Source of the DNA: a virus
Length of the DNA: 64,000 bases
IMG/VR virus record: IMGVR_UViG_3300032893_000013
Span: 44,070-108,069 of that record
Strand: one strand, 5' to 3'
The translations under genes were made by a program, and so were the position numbers. Shown here piece after piece: positions 36,563-46,363 of the stretch (within the stretch, counting starts at the first letter, position 1; the number at the start of each line of letters is the position of its first letter). The notes under the pieces were generated by a model. The model ran no database searches and was not told the DNA's origin. It saw only the letters and a program-made list of their open reading frames with translations.

Positions 36563-38104
36563 ATGTCAGACGATAAGGTACTTACATTCAGCGAACAGTT
36601 CCAAGAGGCAATTGTTGGACACTGTTTTGAGAACCCCAATTTCTTTGCGAAATGTTGCGCGAAATTGGAACCGCAGTGGTTTACCAAGAATATGATGATT
36701 GGAACTCTCTTCAGTCAACTGCGTCAGGCGTATAAGAGCGAAGGCGTAGCTCCAAAGTCTACTGAGGAATTCAAGAACTTCGAGTTTTTCCTTGAGCAAA
36801 AACCAGATGAGCGCCAGAAATATTACAACTTGATCGACAGATGCGTGCTTTCTGCAAAGAATTTCAGTCTCGAAAAGATAGCCCGCCAATTGACCGGCTT
36901 CCTGCGCGTGTCTATGTTCAAAGAATCCATTGAGGGCGCATCCCGTCGCTACAACGCTTCTGGCTTTGATGAATCTTATGATTGGACTCAGAAGAAGCTG
37001 GCGGAAATAAAAGACGCGACCTTCGAGGAAAATAAGTCAGTCCTATCGTTCGATCATCCTGAAAGTTGGATTCGCAAGCAAGAAGAGCGACGCGAAAGAT
37101 CCATTTCAACCGGCAGTAGACTGCTCGATTCTGCTTTGGGCGGCGGCCTTTTCAAGAAGGAAACGACCGCGATCATGGCGCCGTCAAACGTCGGCAAAAC
37201 GACCGCGTTCATCACAATAGCCCGCCACGCCATCAAGACGGGCAACAACGTGCTCTTCATGATCCACGAGGGCGATCCTGAAGAAATTCGTCTTCGCATC
37301 CTGTGCGCGTTCATGGGAATCTCCACTAAGACTATGTTCGAGTGGATGAAGGACAGAACCAAACGAATGGTTGTCCATGCGATGGCTAAGTATGTCAATG
37401 AAAAACTTACGTTCGTTCCATACATCAAAACTGGTGGAATGTACGTTGAGGACGTGATTGATCTAGTGAAAAGATTGCACGAGGAAAAGAAGGCCGAAAC
37501 TGGTCGCGGCTTCGATCTCATCATCAACGATTACCCCAAAAAGTTGCGATCCCGATACCGTGGAGCCTCGAAAGAGGGCTTATACCGCGTGGAAGCCGCT
37601 GAGATTTATGACAATTTCAACCATTTGGCAGTTGAACTTGACGTTGCTTGCCTTGTGGCAATCCAGACAAATAGGACTGGCCTCAAGCAAAACAACAACC
37701 GAATCGAAGCCGATCACCTGTTGGGAATGGAAGAAATCGACGAAGCATACGGAATTGCGCAAAATATGCCGAACATCATCACTCTCAACAGAAGCCCAAG
37801 CGACCGTCAGAAAAACATTCTTCGCATCAACGTCGCCAAGTCAAGAAACAGCATGACTGATATTGCAATCAATACACGAACCTGTTACAATTGCTACGTC
37901 GTGTTCGGTGATCGTGAATTATTCGACACGGCAGGATTGTGGACCAATGAAATTAGTGGCGGATTCCTGGCGTCTTTCCATCAAGAAGACAATAGGAAAT
38001 TCCCGACTGAGGCGATTGATGAGGGCCTCATGAAACACGAAAACTTTTCCGATCCTGATTCCCAAGTGGGCGTAGTCGTTCCTGGAAGTAAGATCGAAGC
38101 ATAG
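36563..38104 (+). CDS. Replicative DnaB-like helicase
   Basis: ISTG...LD, APSNVGKT, INDY, QTNR and KSR. Confidence 0.9.
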   Translation: MSDDKVLTFSEQFQEAIVGHCFENPNFFAKCCAKLEPQWFTKNMMIGTLFSQLRQAYKSEGVAPKSTEEFKNFEFFLEQKPDERQKYYNLIDRCVLSAKNFSLEKIARQLTGFLRVSMFKESIEGASRRYNASGFDESYDWTQKKLAEIKDATFEENKSVLSFDHPESWIRKQEERRERSISTGSRLLDSALGGGLFKKETTAIMAPSNVGKTTAFITIARHAIKTGNNVLFMIHEGDPEEIRLRILCAFMGISTKTMFEWMKDRTKRMVVHAMAKYVNEKLTFVPYIKTGGMYVEDVIDLVKRLHEEKKAETGRGFDLIINDYPKKLRSRYRGASKEGLYRVEAAEIYDNFNHLAVELDVACLVAIQTNRTGLKQNNNRIEADHLLGMEEIDEAYGIAQNMPNIITLNRSPSDRQKNILRINVAKSRNSMTDIAINTRTCYNCYVVFGDRELFDTAGLWTNEISGGFLASFHQEDNRKFPTEAIDEGLMKHENFSDPDSQVGVVVPGSKIEA

Positions 38105-38112
38105 GAGAAAGT

Positions 38113-38556
38113 ATGAATAAGTATCTAGCAATGTTATTGGGCGCCATCTTGCTGGCAGGATTGGGTTACGCCTTCGGTCGATACGCTCAGCCCGCCAAAG
38201 TGGTTATCAAGACCGAGATTCAAACGGTTGAAGTCGAAAAAAAGCGCAACAATATTGTGACCGTCACTCACGAAGTTGAGCAAAAAGACGGAACGAAAAT
38301 TATCGACACAAGAACCGAAGACAAGAGCATTGAGATGAACACCATTGACCAAACCGTAAAACAGACGGAAACGATCACCAATGCAAAGCCGAACTGGAAG
38401 GTTCAAGGTCTGGCTGGAGCAAATTATCTTCACTTGACAAGCGATCCGCTGGTCTATACTGTCGATGTTGAGCATCGTTTCATTGGGCCTATTTTTCTGG
38501 GCGCCTATGGAAGATCCGACAAAGAGATTGGTCTGTCTATCAGCGTAGAGTTTTGA
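38113..38556 (+). CDS. Envelope protein: N-terminal TM/signal, C-terminal beta strands ending in Phe
   Basis: LAMLLGAILLAGLGYAFG; ...IGLSISVEF. Confidence 0.55.
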   Translation: MNKYLAMLLGAILLAGLGYAFGRYAQPAKVVIKTEIQTVEVEKKRNNIVTVTHEVEQKDGTKIIDTRTEDKSIEMNTIDQTVKQTETITNAKPNWKVQGLAGANYLHLTSDPLVYTVDVEHRFIGPIFLGAYGRSDKEIGLSISVEF

Positions 38557-38557
38557 G

Positions 38558-38770
38558 ATGGCAAAGAAGCCGTATGATGAATTTGTCCCTGAAATCCGTG
38601 AATTAGCGGACTCAATCAAGACGCAGAATCTTGTTCACATCCGCGATATTGCGCATAAAGAATGGTTGGCCGACTGTTCAAAGGACACCGACATGACGGC
38701 GCGTGCGTGGGTTAACGCAACTTTGATTGTTCTGGCAGCGAGCGGATATGAAATCAAAAAGAAGTCCTGA
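38558..38770 (+). CDS. Hypothetical protein
   Basis: Coupled ORF. Confidence 0.5.
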   Translation: MAKKPYDEFVPEIRELADSIKTQNLVHIRDIAHKEWLADCSKDTDMTARAWVNATLIVLAASGYEIKKKS

Positions 38771-39009
38771 TGTTTCTCGCAACTGTAATTTTTTCTACAA
38801 AAATTGGCCCCTCTCGGGAGTCCTGTGTCGCCTCGAATACGCTTGAAGGCGTGCATGACAAAATAGAACGTCTCAAAAAGGTACTGCTGGCCAATCGGCT
38901 ACTCTTCATTGGCAGTATTGTTGAGGAAGTCCAAGGCGTTACGCCGGAAACGGACACTCTCCTGTCGCCACTTGATTTTACGACTCAAAATGGTAAAATG
39001 TTTCATTGA
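38770..39009 (+). CDS. Hypothetical protein
   Basis: Coupled ORF. Confidence 0.45.
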   Translation: MFLATVIFSTKIGPSRESCVASNTLEGVHDKIERLKKVLLANRLLFIGSIVEEVQGVTPETDTLLSPLDFTTQNGKMFH

Positions 39010-39150
39010 AAGCCATGAAACGCAAGAAACGAAAGGCCCTTGCGCGAAAAATTCAGAAGATGTCCGGTTTCAGTGACAAGACATACGAGAAATTTTCCAA
39101 GGGTAAATACATAGAGCAGGAAGCTCCTCAAAAGGATACCGAGAAGTCGC

Positions 39151-39777
39151 ATGAAAAAAGTGATTGACAATATCGACAAGTTTCACGATTACGGTATCTA
39201 CATACCTGAGCGCACCATATACATCGGCTCTGTTGACGTAAGCGCCGAGCACGGGGAATCCGGAACCGATGCTGCCCTAGCCGAAGCCGCCATAAAAAAT
39301 CTTTTCATCCTCGAAGCGATGGGCAACGATCCAATCAAAATCATACAAAACAACGTGGGCGGCGATGAGCACCACGGAATGGCAGTTTATGACGCGATAC
39401 GCAACTGCAAAAGCGAAGTCACGATCATAGGAATGGGCAACATACATTCCATGGGAAGCGTCATATTCCAGTCTGGAGATGTGCGCATCATAGCGCCAAA
39501 CGCAAAGCAACTTATTCACTACGGCACTCCGCTTCATGCAGATCCGGACATGCACGCCAAGTCACAATGGTCTTGGACCGAAGAGTGCAAACGGTTCTCG
39601 CGCTGGATGGAAGAAATGTACCTCGAAAAGATCCGCGAGAAGCATCCTGACTTCAAGCTGAGAAAGTTGCAAGAGATGCTGAACTTTGATAAGGTCTTAG
39701 ATGCAAGAGAATCGGTCAATATGGGTTTGGCCGACAAAATTTTAGGAGAAGACGATGACGGAACAAAATCAGAATGA
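39151..39777 (+). CDS. clpP: ClpP-like protease
   Basis: RTIYI, N..GG, YDAI, SMGS (Ser), LIH (His) and GLAD. Confidence 0.85.
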   Translation: MKKVIDNIDKFHDYGIYIPERTIYIGSVDVSAEHGESGTDAALAEAAIKNLFILEAMGNDPIKIIQNNVGGDEHHGMAVYDAIRNCKSEVTIIGMGNIHSMGSVIFQSGDVRIIAPNAKQLIHYGTPLHADPDMHAKSQWSWTEECKRFSRWMEEMYLEKIREKHPDFKLRKLQEMLNFDKVLDARESVNMGLADKILGEDDDGTKSE

Positions 39778-40351
39778 GGATGTAACGACCAGCCAGGACA
39801 CGAGCAATGTTGAAGAGAAGAAAGACGAAACTCCTAAAGAGCCGACTCCGCAGGAAAAAGTCAAGGCCCTCCTCGAACAGCGCAAAGAGGAAGGTTTGTC
39901 GCTCTCTGAAGAACTTCAACTGAGCCGACTCCAAAAGAAGCTCAAAAAAGCAAAGCGCAATCAAAATGCTCAGCGCGAAATGTTTGAGAAACTGTTTCTC
40001 GGCGCCCAAAAGAAACGTGTCGCCAAGATGATGAAGCAAGTTCGCGTCGCCCGCGAATTGATTGGCCGCGAAGACTACAAAATGTTGCGCGACATCTTCA
40101 CGGTCAAGACCGAAGAGAAAAAGGACGAAAAAGGAAACGTGCTCTCACCAGCACGGACGGACGTGAACTATTACGGACTCCTATTGGAATCCAAAAACGT
40201 CATTGCAATGCAGCGTGAACAGAGAATCAAAGCCGGAAAACGCAAACGTTCCACCGGACGTAGCTCTGATCGTCGCGCTCACAAAAGCCTCCTGAATTTC
40301 TTGCTCAATCGGAACGCCGAAGAAGCCAAGAAAACCAATCCGGAAGCGTAA
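39755..40351 (+). CDS. Basic helical hypothetical protein
   Basis: SD AGGAG. Confidence 0.55.
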   Translation: MTEQNQNEDVTTSQDTSNVEEKKDETPKEPTPQEKVKALLEQRKEEGLSLSEELQLSRLQKKLKKAKRNQNAQREMFEKLFLGAQKKRVAKMMKQVRVARELIGREDYKMLRDIFTVKTEEKKDEKGNVLSPARTDVNYYGLLLESKNVIAMQREQRIKAGKRKRSTGRSSDRRAHKSLLNFLLNRNAEEAKKTNPEA

Positions 40352-40575
40352 TGGCCGGATTAGGATTCTTTTTATCCATAGTATTTCTATTTTTAGCCCT
40401 GATCTCTCACGATCCGGGCTTTATTGTCATGTCGATAATTTTCATGACGCTGGAAATTCTGAGAGCTTTGACAGACAAAGCGAACGAAGTGAAGAAATGC
40501 CCGCCTCACGTCTGGCAAGTGACAGATTCCGGCAAACTGGTCTGTAAACTGTGCGGACAACGACCAAGCCAATGA
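40351..40575 (+). CDS. Small membrane protein with C-terminal zinc finger
   Basis: Two TM segments; CPPH...CKLC. Confidence 0.55.
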   Translation: MAGLGFFLSIVFLFLALISHDPGFIVMSIIFMTLEILRALTDKANEVKKCPPHVWQVTDSGKLVCKLCGQRPSQ

Positions 40576-40582
40576 GGCCGCG

Positions 40583-40897
40583 ATGCACGATGATTTCTTC
40601 AGATCAATACTCGAAGATCGGATAAACAGTATCCGAAAGACGTTCAGCATTGATGAAGACTATCAGATGCGCGGGCAACGTTTCAAGAGCACCGGCTACG
40701 CAACGGAAGCCGTCGAAGGCTCCATAATCATGAGAAAAAATCGCAACATAAAAGGATCAATCATTCAAGAAGCGATGGGGCTTGACTTCGATCCCAACCA
40801 GATTCTCGATGGCAAGTTTGATCCCTTGATTCGTACCATTCTGAAACACCTTGCATCTATGGATTTTGAGGCCGAAAACAGGCTTGACCGGAATTAA
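40583..40897 (+). CDS. Hypothetical protein
   Basis: ORF in operon. Confidence 0.5.
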   Translation: MHDDFFRSILEDRINSIRKTFSIDEDYQMRGQRFKSTGYATEAVEGSIIMRKNRNIKGSIIQEAMGLDFDPNQILDGKFDPLIRTILKHLASMDFEAENRLDRN

Positions 40898-40912
40898 TTA
40901 CACTGTTATCAT
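40884..40912 (+). promoter_or_regulatory. Sigma70-like promoter, ATG 6 nt after the -10 box
   Basis: TTGACC-N17-TATCAT. Confidence 0.55.
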
Positions 40913-40918
40913 AATGAC

Positions 40919-41899
40919 ATGACGCGAAAAAAAGTAGCTCAGTCACTATCGAAAGCCCTTCTCAAAATAAATTACATCCTGGCGGCCATTGTCTTCTTCC
41001 TACTTCTCGCCATCCACTTCAGGGCGCACGCGGACGTTACCGTAATGGTGATCGACTCCGGCATCGGCCCCAACAAATACCTAAACAGCTACGTTCAGTA
41101 CGATGACAGCGAAGACTATCATGATGACTCACGTTCTGGCCACGGCACTCACGTCGCTGGAATCGTCGCTTTTGGCAACAAACATCCTGGACATCTCACA
41201 CTCCCCGCTCTTTTTGGTTACGATCCCCTTTGTCACAAAGTCAAAATCTACTCGTGCAAATATTACGATGATGATATGAGCGGGTATTGGGCAATTCTCT
41301 GGGGAAAATCCATTCCGGCTCCCATCCTTCACGAGAAGAAGGAGCTTGGGTGCATACAACGCGCAATCGACATGAAAATCAACATCATCAACTTTTCTGG
41401 CGGCGGGCTGAATCCCATCAGGGACGAATACAACGCTCTGAAAAAGTTTACAGATCAAGGTGGATGGGTAATCGCCTCTGCCGGAAACGAAAACAGTGAT
41501 TTGCGAGTCAAGCCGTTCTTCCCCGCATCGTACCACTGGGGATACACAGTCACCAAGCCTTTCAAGAGCGAAACGAAGCGTGGCCATCACACGTTGACGA
41601 TTACTGGCGAAACGATTGTCGAAAAGTACGAGCCAATATATCGTATCGTTCCAGTCGCCGCCACGGACAAAAACGGAAAATTTTACCAGATCATGGGGCA
41701 TGGCTCAAATTGGCGTCCTGACATCAAGCGGGAAATGGGCGTTGACATTTGGTCAACTTTGCCCAATAATTACTTTGGAATGATGACTGGAACAAGTCAG
41801 GCGACAGCGGCGTTCACCCACCGGCTGTTGCAACACATATGTACAAAAATGGAGGAATCCCATGGTGCTACCGATAATCTTAACAGTAATGGTCATTAG
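40919..41899 (+). CDS. Secreted S8 subtilisin-like protease
   Basis: Signal/TM ending AHA; IDSG, HGTHVAG, SAGN and GTSQA. Confidence 0.92.
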   Translation: MTRKKVAQSLSKALLKINYILAAIVFFLLLAIHFRAHADVTVMVIDSGIGPNKYLNSYVQYDDSEDYHDDSRSGHGTHVAGIVAFGNKHPGHLTLPALFGYDPLCHKVKIYSCKYYDDDMSGYWAILWGKSIPAPILHEKKELGCIQRAIDMKINIINFSGGGLNPIRDEYNALKKFTDQGGWVIASAGNENSDLRVKPFFPASYHWGYTVTKPFKSETKRGHHTLTITGETIVEKYEPIYRIVPVAATDKNGKFYQIMGHGSNWRPDIKREMGVDIWSTLPNNYFGMMTGTSQATAAFTHRLLQHICTKMEESHGATDNLNSNGH

Positions 41900-42287
41900 C
41901 TTAGCTGCTGCGGCTTTTGCAGGATACTTGGCCTACGACGCGGGCAAAAAAGAAATGCTCTCTCGCGTCGGACAATTGAACAGTCACTTGCTGGCCCTTC
42001 AAGGTCGGTTGGCTGATGCAGAAAAGGCCATGAAAACTCACAAAGAAGAAATGGCGAAAGTCTCTCTCATGGTCGGGCAGGATCTCAAGAATTTTGAAGA
42101 TCGACTAGGTTCCGTTGAAAGTGATTTGTCCGACAAAGCGGACATTCAGGCCATCGACAACATGAATAACGAATTTTTCTCTCTCAAGAGCGCGACTGAA
42201 GCTCTTGGACAGAAATTCGGCAAAAAGCGCCGACCGATGAAGTCAATTGCCAAAGACATCAAAAAGAACCGTAACAGGAGGGCCTAA
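41862..42287 (+). CDS. Membrane-anchored coiled-coil protein
   Basis: N-terminal TM; SD GGAGG. Confidence 0.55.
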   Translation: MVLPIILTVMVISLAAAAFAGYLAYDAGKKEMLSRVGQLNSHLLALQGRLADAEKAMKTHKEEMAKVSLMVGQDLKNFEDRLGSVESDLSDKADIQAIDNMNNEFFSLKSATEALGQKFGKKRRPMKSIAKDIKKNRNRRA

Positions 42288-42688
42288 TGCTCAACATTCA
42301 AAGCATGACCGAAGCCGAAATGGAAGCGACCGCAAAAACTATCCGCGAAAAAGCGGTTAGGGTGATCCAACTCAAGGCCATACTTGATGCCAATAAGCCA
42401 CTTTACGAAGAGCTTGATCGTCTGACTCTTGAATTGAATGAAACCATGGGCGTCGGCACTATCCCGGTGACCTTGAATGAAAAAGAAACGATGTACATGC
42501 ACAATGATGAAGTGAAATTTCTTTCGCCTAATCAAATGCTCACCATCGTTGACAACTTCGCAGAAAAGAACACCGTGTTCCGCCCTGCCGGAGTAAAACG
42601 CTTTGAGGCTTCAGTTGAAACTGCCGAAGCACGCCAGCTTCGTCAAGACAAGGAAGCGAAGAAAAAAGCGAAAGATGCTCAGAAGTGA
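42287..42688 (+). CDS. Hypothetical protein
   Basis: Coupled ORF. Confidence 0.55.
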   Translation: MLNIQSMTEAEMEATAKTIREKAVRVIQLKAILDANKPLYEELDRLTLELNETMGVGTIPVTLNEKETMYMHNDEVKFLSPNQMLTIVDNFAEKNTVFRPAGVKRFEASVETAEARQLRQDKEAKKKAKDAQK

Positions 42689-43037
42689 AGTAGAGCACTT
42701 TATTGAACTTTGGGAGTCCGGCGATTGCAAGGTCTTTAGATACATCCGACCGCTCGTGCCAAACGAGTATGTGGTGATCCGAAAGGCCAGTCAAGGCAAC
42801 TGCGTCTACCTGTATGAGCCTGATGACCAGAAAAGCACCTACTGTCTTCCGCCAATGGAAGAGGATAAAATGGTGAAGGCAATGGCCAACGAAGAGTTGG
42901 TGTACGTCAAACCGTGGAACTGGCAAGTCAGTACGCGGGATATGAAAACTGGCGGATGCGTTTGCGGAGCTTGGGCAGTCAGAGAAAGTGAGCGGATACA
43001 TACGAGAGGCTGTCCGCTTGGAAGAGGGATGTTATAA
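42675..43037 (+). CDS. Hypothetical protein with C-terminal CxC...H...C zinc site
   Basis: CVCGA...HTRGCP. Confidence 0.5.
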   Translation: MLRSEVEHFIELWESGDCKVFRYIRPLVPNEYVVIRKASQGNCVYLYEPDDQKSTYCLPPMEEDKMVKAMANEELVYVKPWNWQVSTRDMKTGGCVCGAWAVRESERIHTRGCPLGRGML

Positions 43038-43399
43038 TGGTCATACTTGTCGGCGATAAGCCAAGTCCGAAGATGAAAGAGGGCGCCAAACCATTTGAAG
43101 GCGCCGCTTGCGAAAAACGCTTGAGAGCTTGGATTCAGGCTCTTGGTATCAAAGATCACATTCTTGTCAACAGTTACAGCGGCCACGACTGGGATTATGC
43201 CCTGGAAATCCTGGACGCATACGATCACGCACCAATCATTGCCCTTGGGAAAAATGCGTCGAAGAGGCTTGACTCTGAATGCTTGGATCATTTCAAAATG
43301 CCACATCCGTCCGGACGAAACCGGCTCCTGAACGACAAATCGTTCATTGCTGGCAAGTTAATTGAGTGCAAAAAGTGGCTTGACGAGTACGCGAAATAG
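43037..43399 (+). CDS. Minimal uracil-DNA glycosylase-like protein
   Basis: LVGDKP, PF.G, IIALG..A and PHPS motifs. Confidence 0.75.
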   Translation: MVILVGDKPSPKMKEGAKPFEGAACEKRLRAWIQALGIKDHILVNSYSGHDWDYALEILDAYDHAPIIALGKNASKRLDSECLDHFKMPHPSGRNRLLNDKSFIAGKLIECKKWLDEYAK

Positions 43400-43417
43400 C
43401 GATACTGTGGAGGAGTT

Positions 43418-43666
43418 ATGAAATATCTCTTGACAATGCTCATGTTGGCATCCCCGGTTGTAGGCGCACAGACGGTGACTTACAATCCCGACGATTATTA
43501 CATCGACTATCTGACGCCGACAGAAAAGGACAAATCCCTTCTGGTGTTCGAGAACACCAACACGGGATACACCGTCAAAATTCTCGTCCTGACAAAGACG
43601 TTGCAAGATCCCGAAGCACTTCGGGCAATCAAAATGAAAGTTGCCACTGAAAATGCTCGTCATTGA
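43418..43666 (+). CDS. Small secreted protein
   Basis: Signal peptide; SD GGAGG. Confidence 0.55.
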   Translation: MKYLLTMLMLASPVVGAQTVTYNPDDYYIDYLTPTEKDKSLLVFENTNTGYTVKILVLTKTLQDPEALRAIKMKVATENARH

Positions 43667-44030
43667 GAAAGACGTTACATTCCCATTCGACGTAGATCAT
43701 ACTCTGATCTTTTGGGTTCCACGCGGCAAAGAGCCGCCAGAAGGTGCTCTTGAGGCCGACTATTACGGCGAGCGCGTGTTCTTTGTTCCGCATTGGGCGC
43801 ACATTCAACTTCTGAAGGCGTCGATTGGAAGAAAGCGCGGAACCGTCGTTTGGTCAGGCAACGGCTACCAATGGGCAAAAAATGTACTGGCCGCTCTCGG
43901 ATTCAAAGAAGAAGATGACATCATAGTCATGGCAAAGCCAGCCGGATACGTTGATGATTTGCCGTGCAACGAGTGGATGGGCCAGAGAATTTACTTGCCG
44001 TCCAAAGACAAACTTCCTTGGGAGGACTAA
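43653..44030 (+). CDS. HAD-superfamily phosphatase-like protein
   Basis: FDVDHTL, WSG, KP and VDD motifs. Confidence 0.75.
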   Translation: MLVIEKDVTFPFDVDHTLIFWVPRGKEPPEGALEADYYGERVFFVPHWAHIQLLKASIGRKRGTVVWSGNGYQWAKNVLAALGFKEEDDIIVMAKPAGYVDDLPCNEWMGQRIYLPSKDKLPWED

Positions 44031-44368
44031 TGAAAGTTTTACTCATTGACGATGAAAGAGAAGCCCCGCACATCAAGTCTATGTACGGCGTTGACGTTAC
44101 GAAGATTGCCCGAAGCTACAGCGAAGGAATCGAAGATTTGAAACAGGGCGGATGGGACGTTCTCCTGCTCGACCACGATCTAAATTCGTACCCAGACGGA
44201 GTTGAGAAGACTGGAACTGACATCATGAAATTTCTTCAAGAAAACCCGCAGCTTTTGCCCCAATCCATCATTTTTGTTACCATGAATCCAGGAGGACGCC
44301 GTAGAATGGAAGGCATCCTCAGTGACATCAAAAAGCAGCTTTCTGCAAAAAAGGACGATCAAACATGA
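44030..44368 (+). CDS. Cyclic-phosphate-processing receiver-like domain
   Basis: LIDDER, LDHDL, TG.D and T.NP.G..RM. Confidence 0.75.
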   Translation: MKVLLIDDEREAPHIKSMYGVDVTKIARSYSEGIEDLKQGGWDVLLLDHDLNSYPDGVEKTGTDIMKFLQENPQLLPQSIIFVTMNPGGRRRMEGILSDIKKQLSAKKDDQT

Positions 44369-45603
44369 TTCTCAATGCTAGAATTATTCCGACAAGCGAC
44401 TTTACCTTTGGCGTTTCCGTTGAGCTTCCCAGTGGAAAGTATCGCCATTACAAAGTAACCAATCAATTACTCACACAACTCATCGCAAAAGAAGTTGGCC
44501 TCTCTCAGAGTGCCAATGACGTGGCTCTCGAAGCCGTGCGCGCCCGCGTGAAGCAAGATTTTGGATCGGAGTATGAGCTTGGGTTCGTCAACTTGATTGA
44601 AATGAACGATCTTTACAAGTTCCACGCAACGCGCAGAATGATTCCCCTTCCGGATGGAATTTTCAGTCCCGGCGTTATCGGTGCCTTGCGAGCGAACCAT
44701 TCCACCACTTATCAATTTAAGTACAAGAAAAACATCTCGCGTCTGCCAGATTTCTTGGCCACGTTTTTGGATCGCGTTGTGCAAAAGCTGGCGCCTCCAA
44801 CCAGTTTCGTGAATCGGCTGATTTCTTCTTTCAATCGCACGTTGCAAGTATTCTACGGCGTTGATAGCCTATGGGATGATGCGCAGCAGGCATTCGAGGA
44901 TCGTATGGCGTTCATCGGCCTCGAAGGTACGGACGAGATGACTGAAGAGGAAAAGAAATACAATGAAGCCGTCAAAGGCAAGTTCTTCGTACCTTATGTT
45001 CCGTTTTTTCAACCCAATCATGTGACCAGCTACAGCCCAACCGTCTATCTTGCCCGCATTAGTGGCGAAGAGGATCTTGATAAGGCCGTCGCTGACATCA
45101 GCGATGATCTTGACCGCATGAATGCACTTGGATTGATTTTCGGAAGCCTTTCCATGCCCCGCGTTATGGAGTTGGACAATACGGTTGGAAATGGCAAGAA
45201 AGTCTATGCCGTTTTCGCATTCCCGCTCCTGAATCTAAAGAATTTCTCAAAGGCCCTCAAGCTGGATCATGAATTAACGGCAACGCCGGTTCGCAATCCA
45301 GAAGAAGATTCAATCTATGTCCAAGGCTTACGCCAATTGAATATCGGAACAGCAGTCGGCGAAGGCGAAACGAGCGGAACATATCCGTATCTTGATTTGG
45401 TCGAAAGCGAAGTCATTATCAACAACGCACCGCTCCCCGAAACTGTATTTGTCAAAGCCGATGGAACTACCGAAATTGTTCACGATCCAGACCGCACATT
45501 CAGGCAGGCTGAGCTTGAGAAGGCTTTCTTGAGTCAGAGAGAAAAGGGACGAAAGATCATGGAAAAGAAAATTGAGGCCGCTAAAAACCTTACGAAGCAG
45601 TAA
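44365..45603 (+). CDS. Hypothetical protein (412 aa)
   Basis: Long coupled ORF; no motif recognised. Confidence 0.6.
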   Translation: MILNARIIPTSDFTFGVSVELPSGKYRHYKVTNQLLTQLIAKEVGLSQSANDVALEAVRARVKQDFGSEYELGFVNLIEMNDLYKFHATRRMIPLPDGIFSPGVIGALRANHSTTYQFKYKKNISRLPDFLATFLDRVVQKLAPPTSFVNRLISSFNRTLQVFYGVDSLWDDAQQAFEDRMAFIGLEGTDEMTEEEKKYNEAVKGKFFVPYVPFFQPNHVTSYSPTVYLARISGEEDLDKAVADISDDLDRMNALGLIFGSLSMPRVMELDNTVGNGKKVYAVFAFPLLNLKNFSKALKLDHELTATPVRNPEEDSIYVQGLRQLNIGTAVGEGETSGTYPYLDLVESEVIINNAPLPETVFVKADGTTEIVHDPDRTFRQAELEKAFLSQREKGRKIMEKKIEAAKNLTKQ

Positions 45604-45605
45604 AC

Positions 45606-46082
45606 ATGCACAAGCCGATTGTCACATACCCCAATGACGTTCTAAGGAAAATGGCTCTTCCTGTTTCTATGGTGGAGCTAAAAAGCGGTTCCATCTATGA
45701 ACTTGCTACTCGCATGATGGAAACGATGGTCGCAGAAAATGGCATTGGATTGGCGGCCAATCAGATCGGCATTCTCAAGCGCGTGATCCTCATTGGAGTT
45801 CCAGGCCCAGATGGATTCTTTGGCGCAATGGTAAATCCCTTCATCCTGAAGTCTTCTGGCATCAAATCTACGCTCGAAGAAGGATGCTTGTCTTTTCCTG
45901 GACAATTGGTTAATGTTGAGAGGCCGGAAGAGATCGAAGTTCAATACTGGGATGTGACGGGCAAAATGCACACAAACACTTTTTCAGGACTCGTAAGTAA
46001 GTGCATTCAACACGAAATCGACCATCTGAATGGCGTTTTGATGAATGATTATGGCACCCTCCACGAAAAGAGCAAAACATGA
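45606..46082 (+). CDS. def: Peptide deformylase
   Basis: GIGLAANQ, EGCLS and QHEIDHLNG. Confidence 0.96.
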   Translation: MHKPIVTYPNDVLRKMALPVSMVELKSGSIYELATRMMETMVAENGIGLAANQIGILKRVILIGVPGPDGFFGAMVNPFILKSSGIKSTLEEGCLSFPGQLVNVERPEEIEVQYWDVTGKMHTNTFSGLVSKCIQHEIDHLNGVLMNDYGTLHEKSKT

Positions 46083-46363
46083 ACGAAACGACTGGGTTAG
46101 TTTTGATAGTGTTCACAATTTCTCTGGCGACCGTGATCCACAAGTTGGTTGATCGTCTTTGGCCTGCACAGCCAATGGACATGAGCGAAGTCGAAGCTCT
46201 GGACAACGAGCTTGGACGCCTTCACAATGAAATCGGACATTACGACAGCGCACCTTCTTGGGCGTCAAATGAAATCGCACGAATCAACGAAAAATTGGCA
46301 GAAGCCAACAAAATTGTAGCCGAATCAGTGGCAAAGGAGATATTCGATGGACAGCAGGGGTAA
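46079..46363 (+). CDS. Small membrane-anchored protein
   Basis: N-terminal TM. Confidence 0.5.
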   Translation: MNETTGLVLIVFTISLATVIHKLVDRLWPAQPMDMSEVEALDNELGRLHNEIGHYDSAPSWASNEIARINEKLAEANKIVAESVAKEIFDGQQG

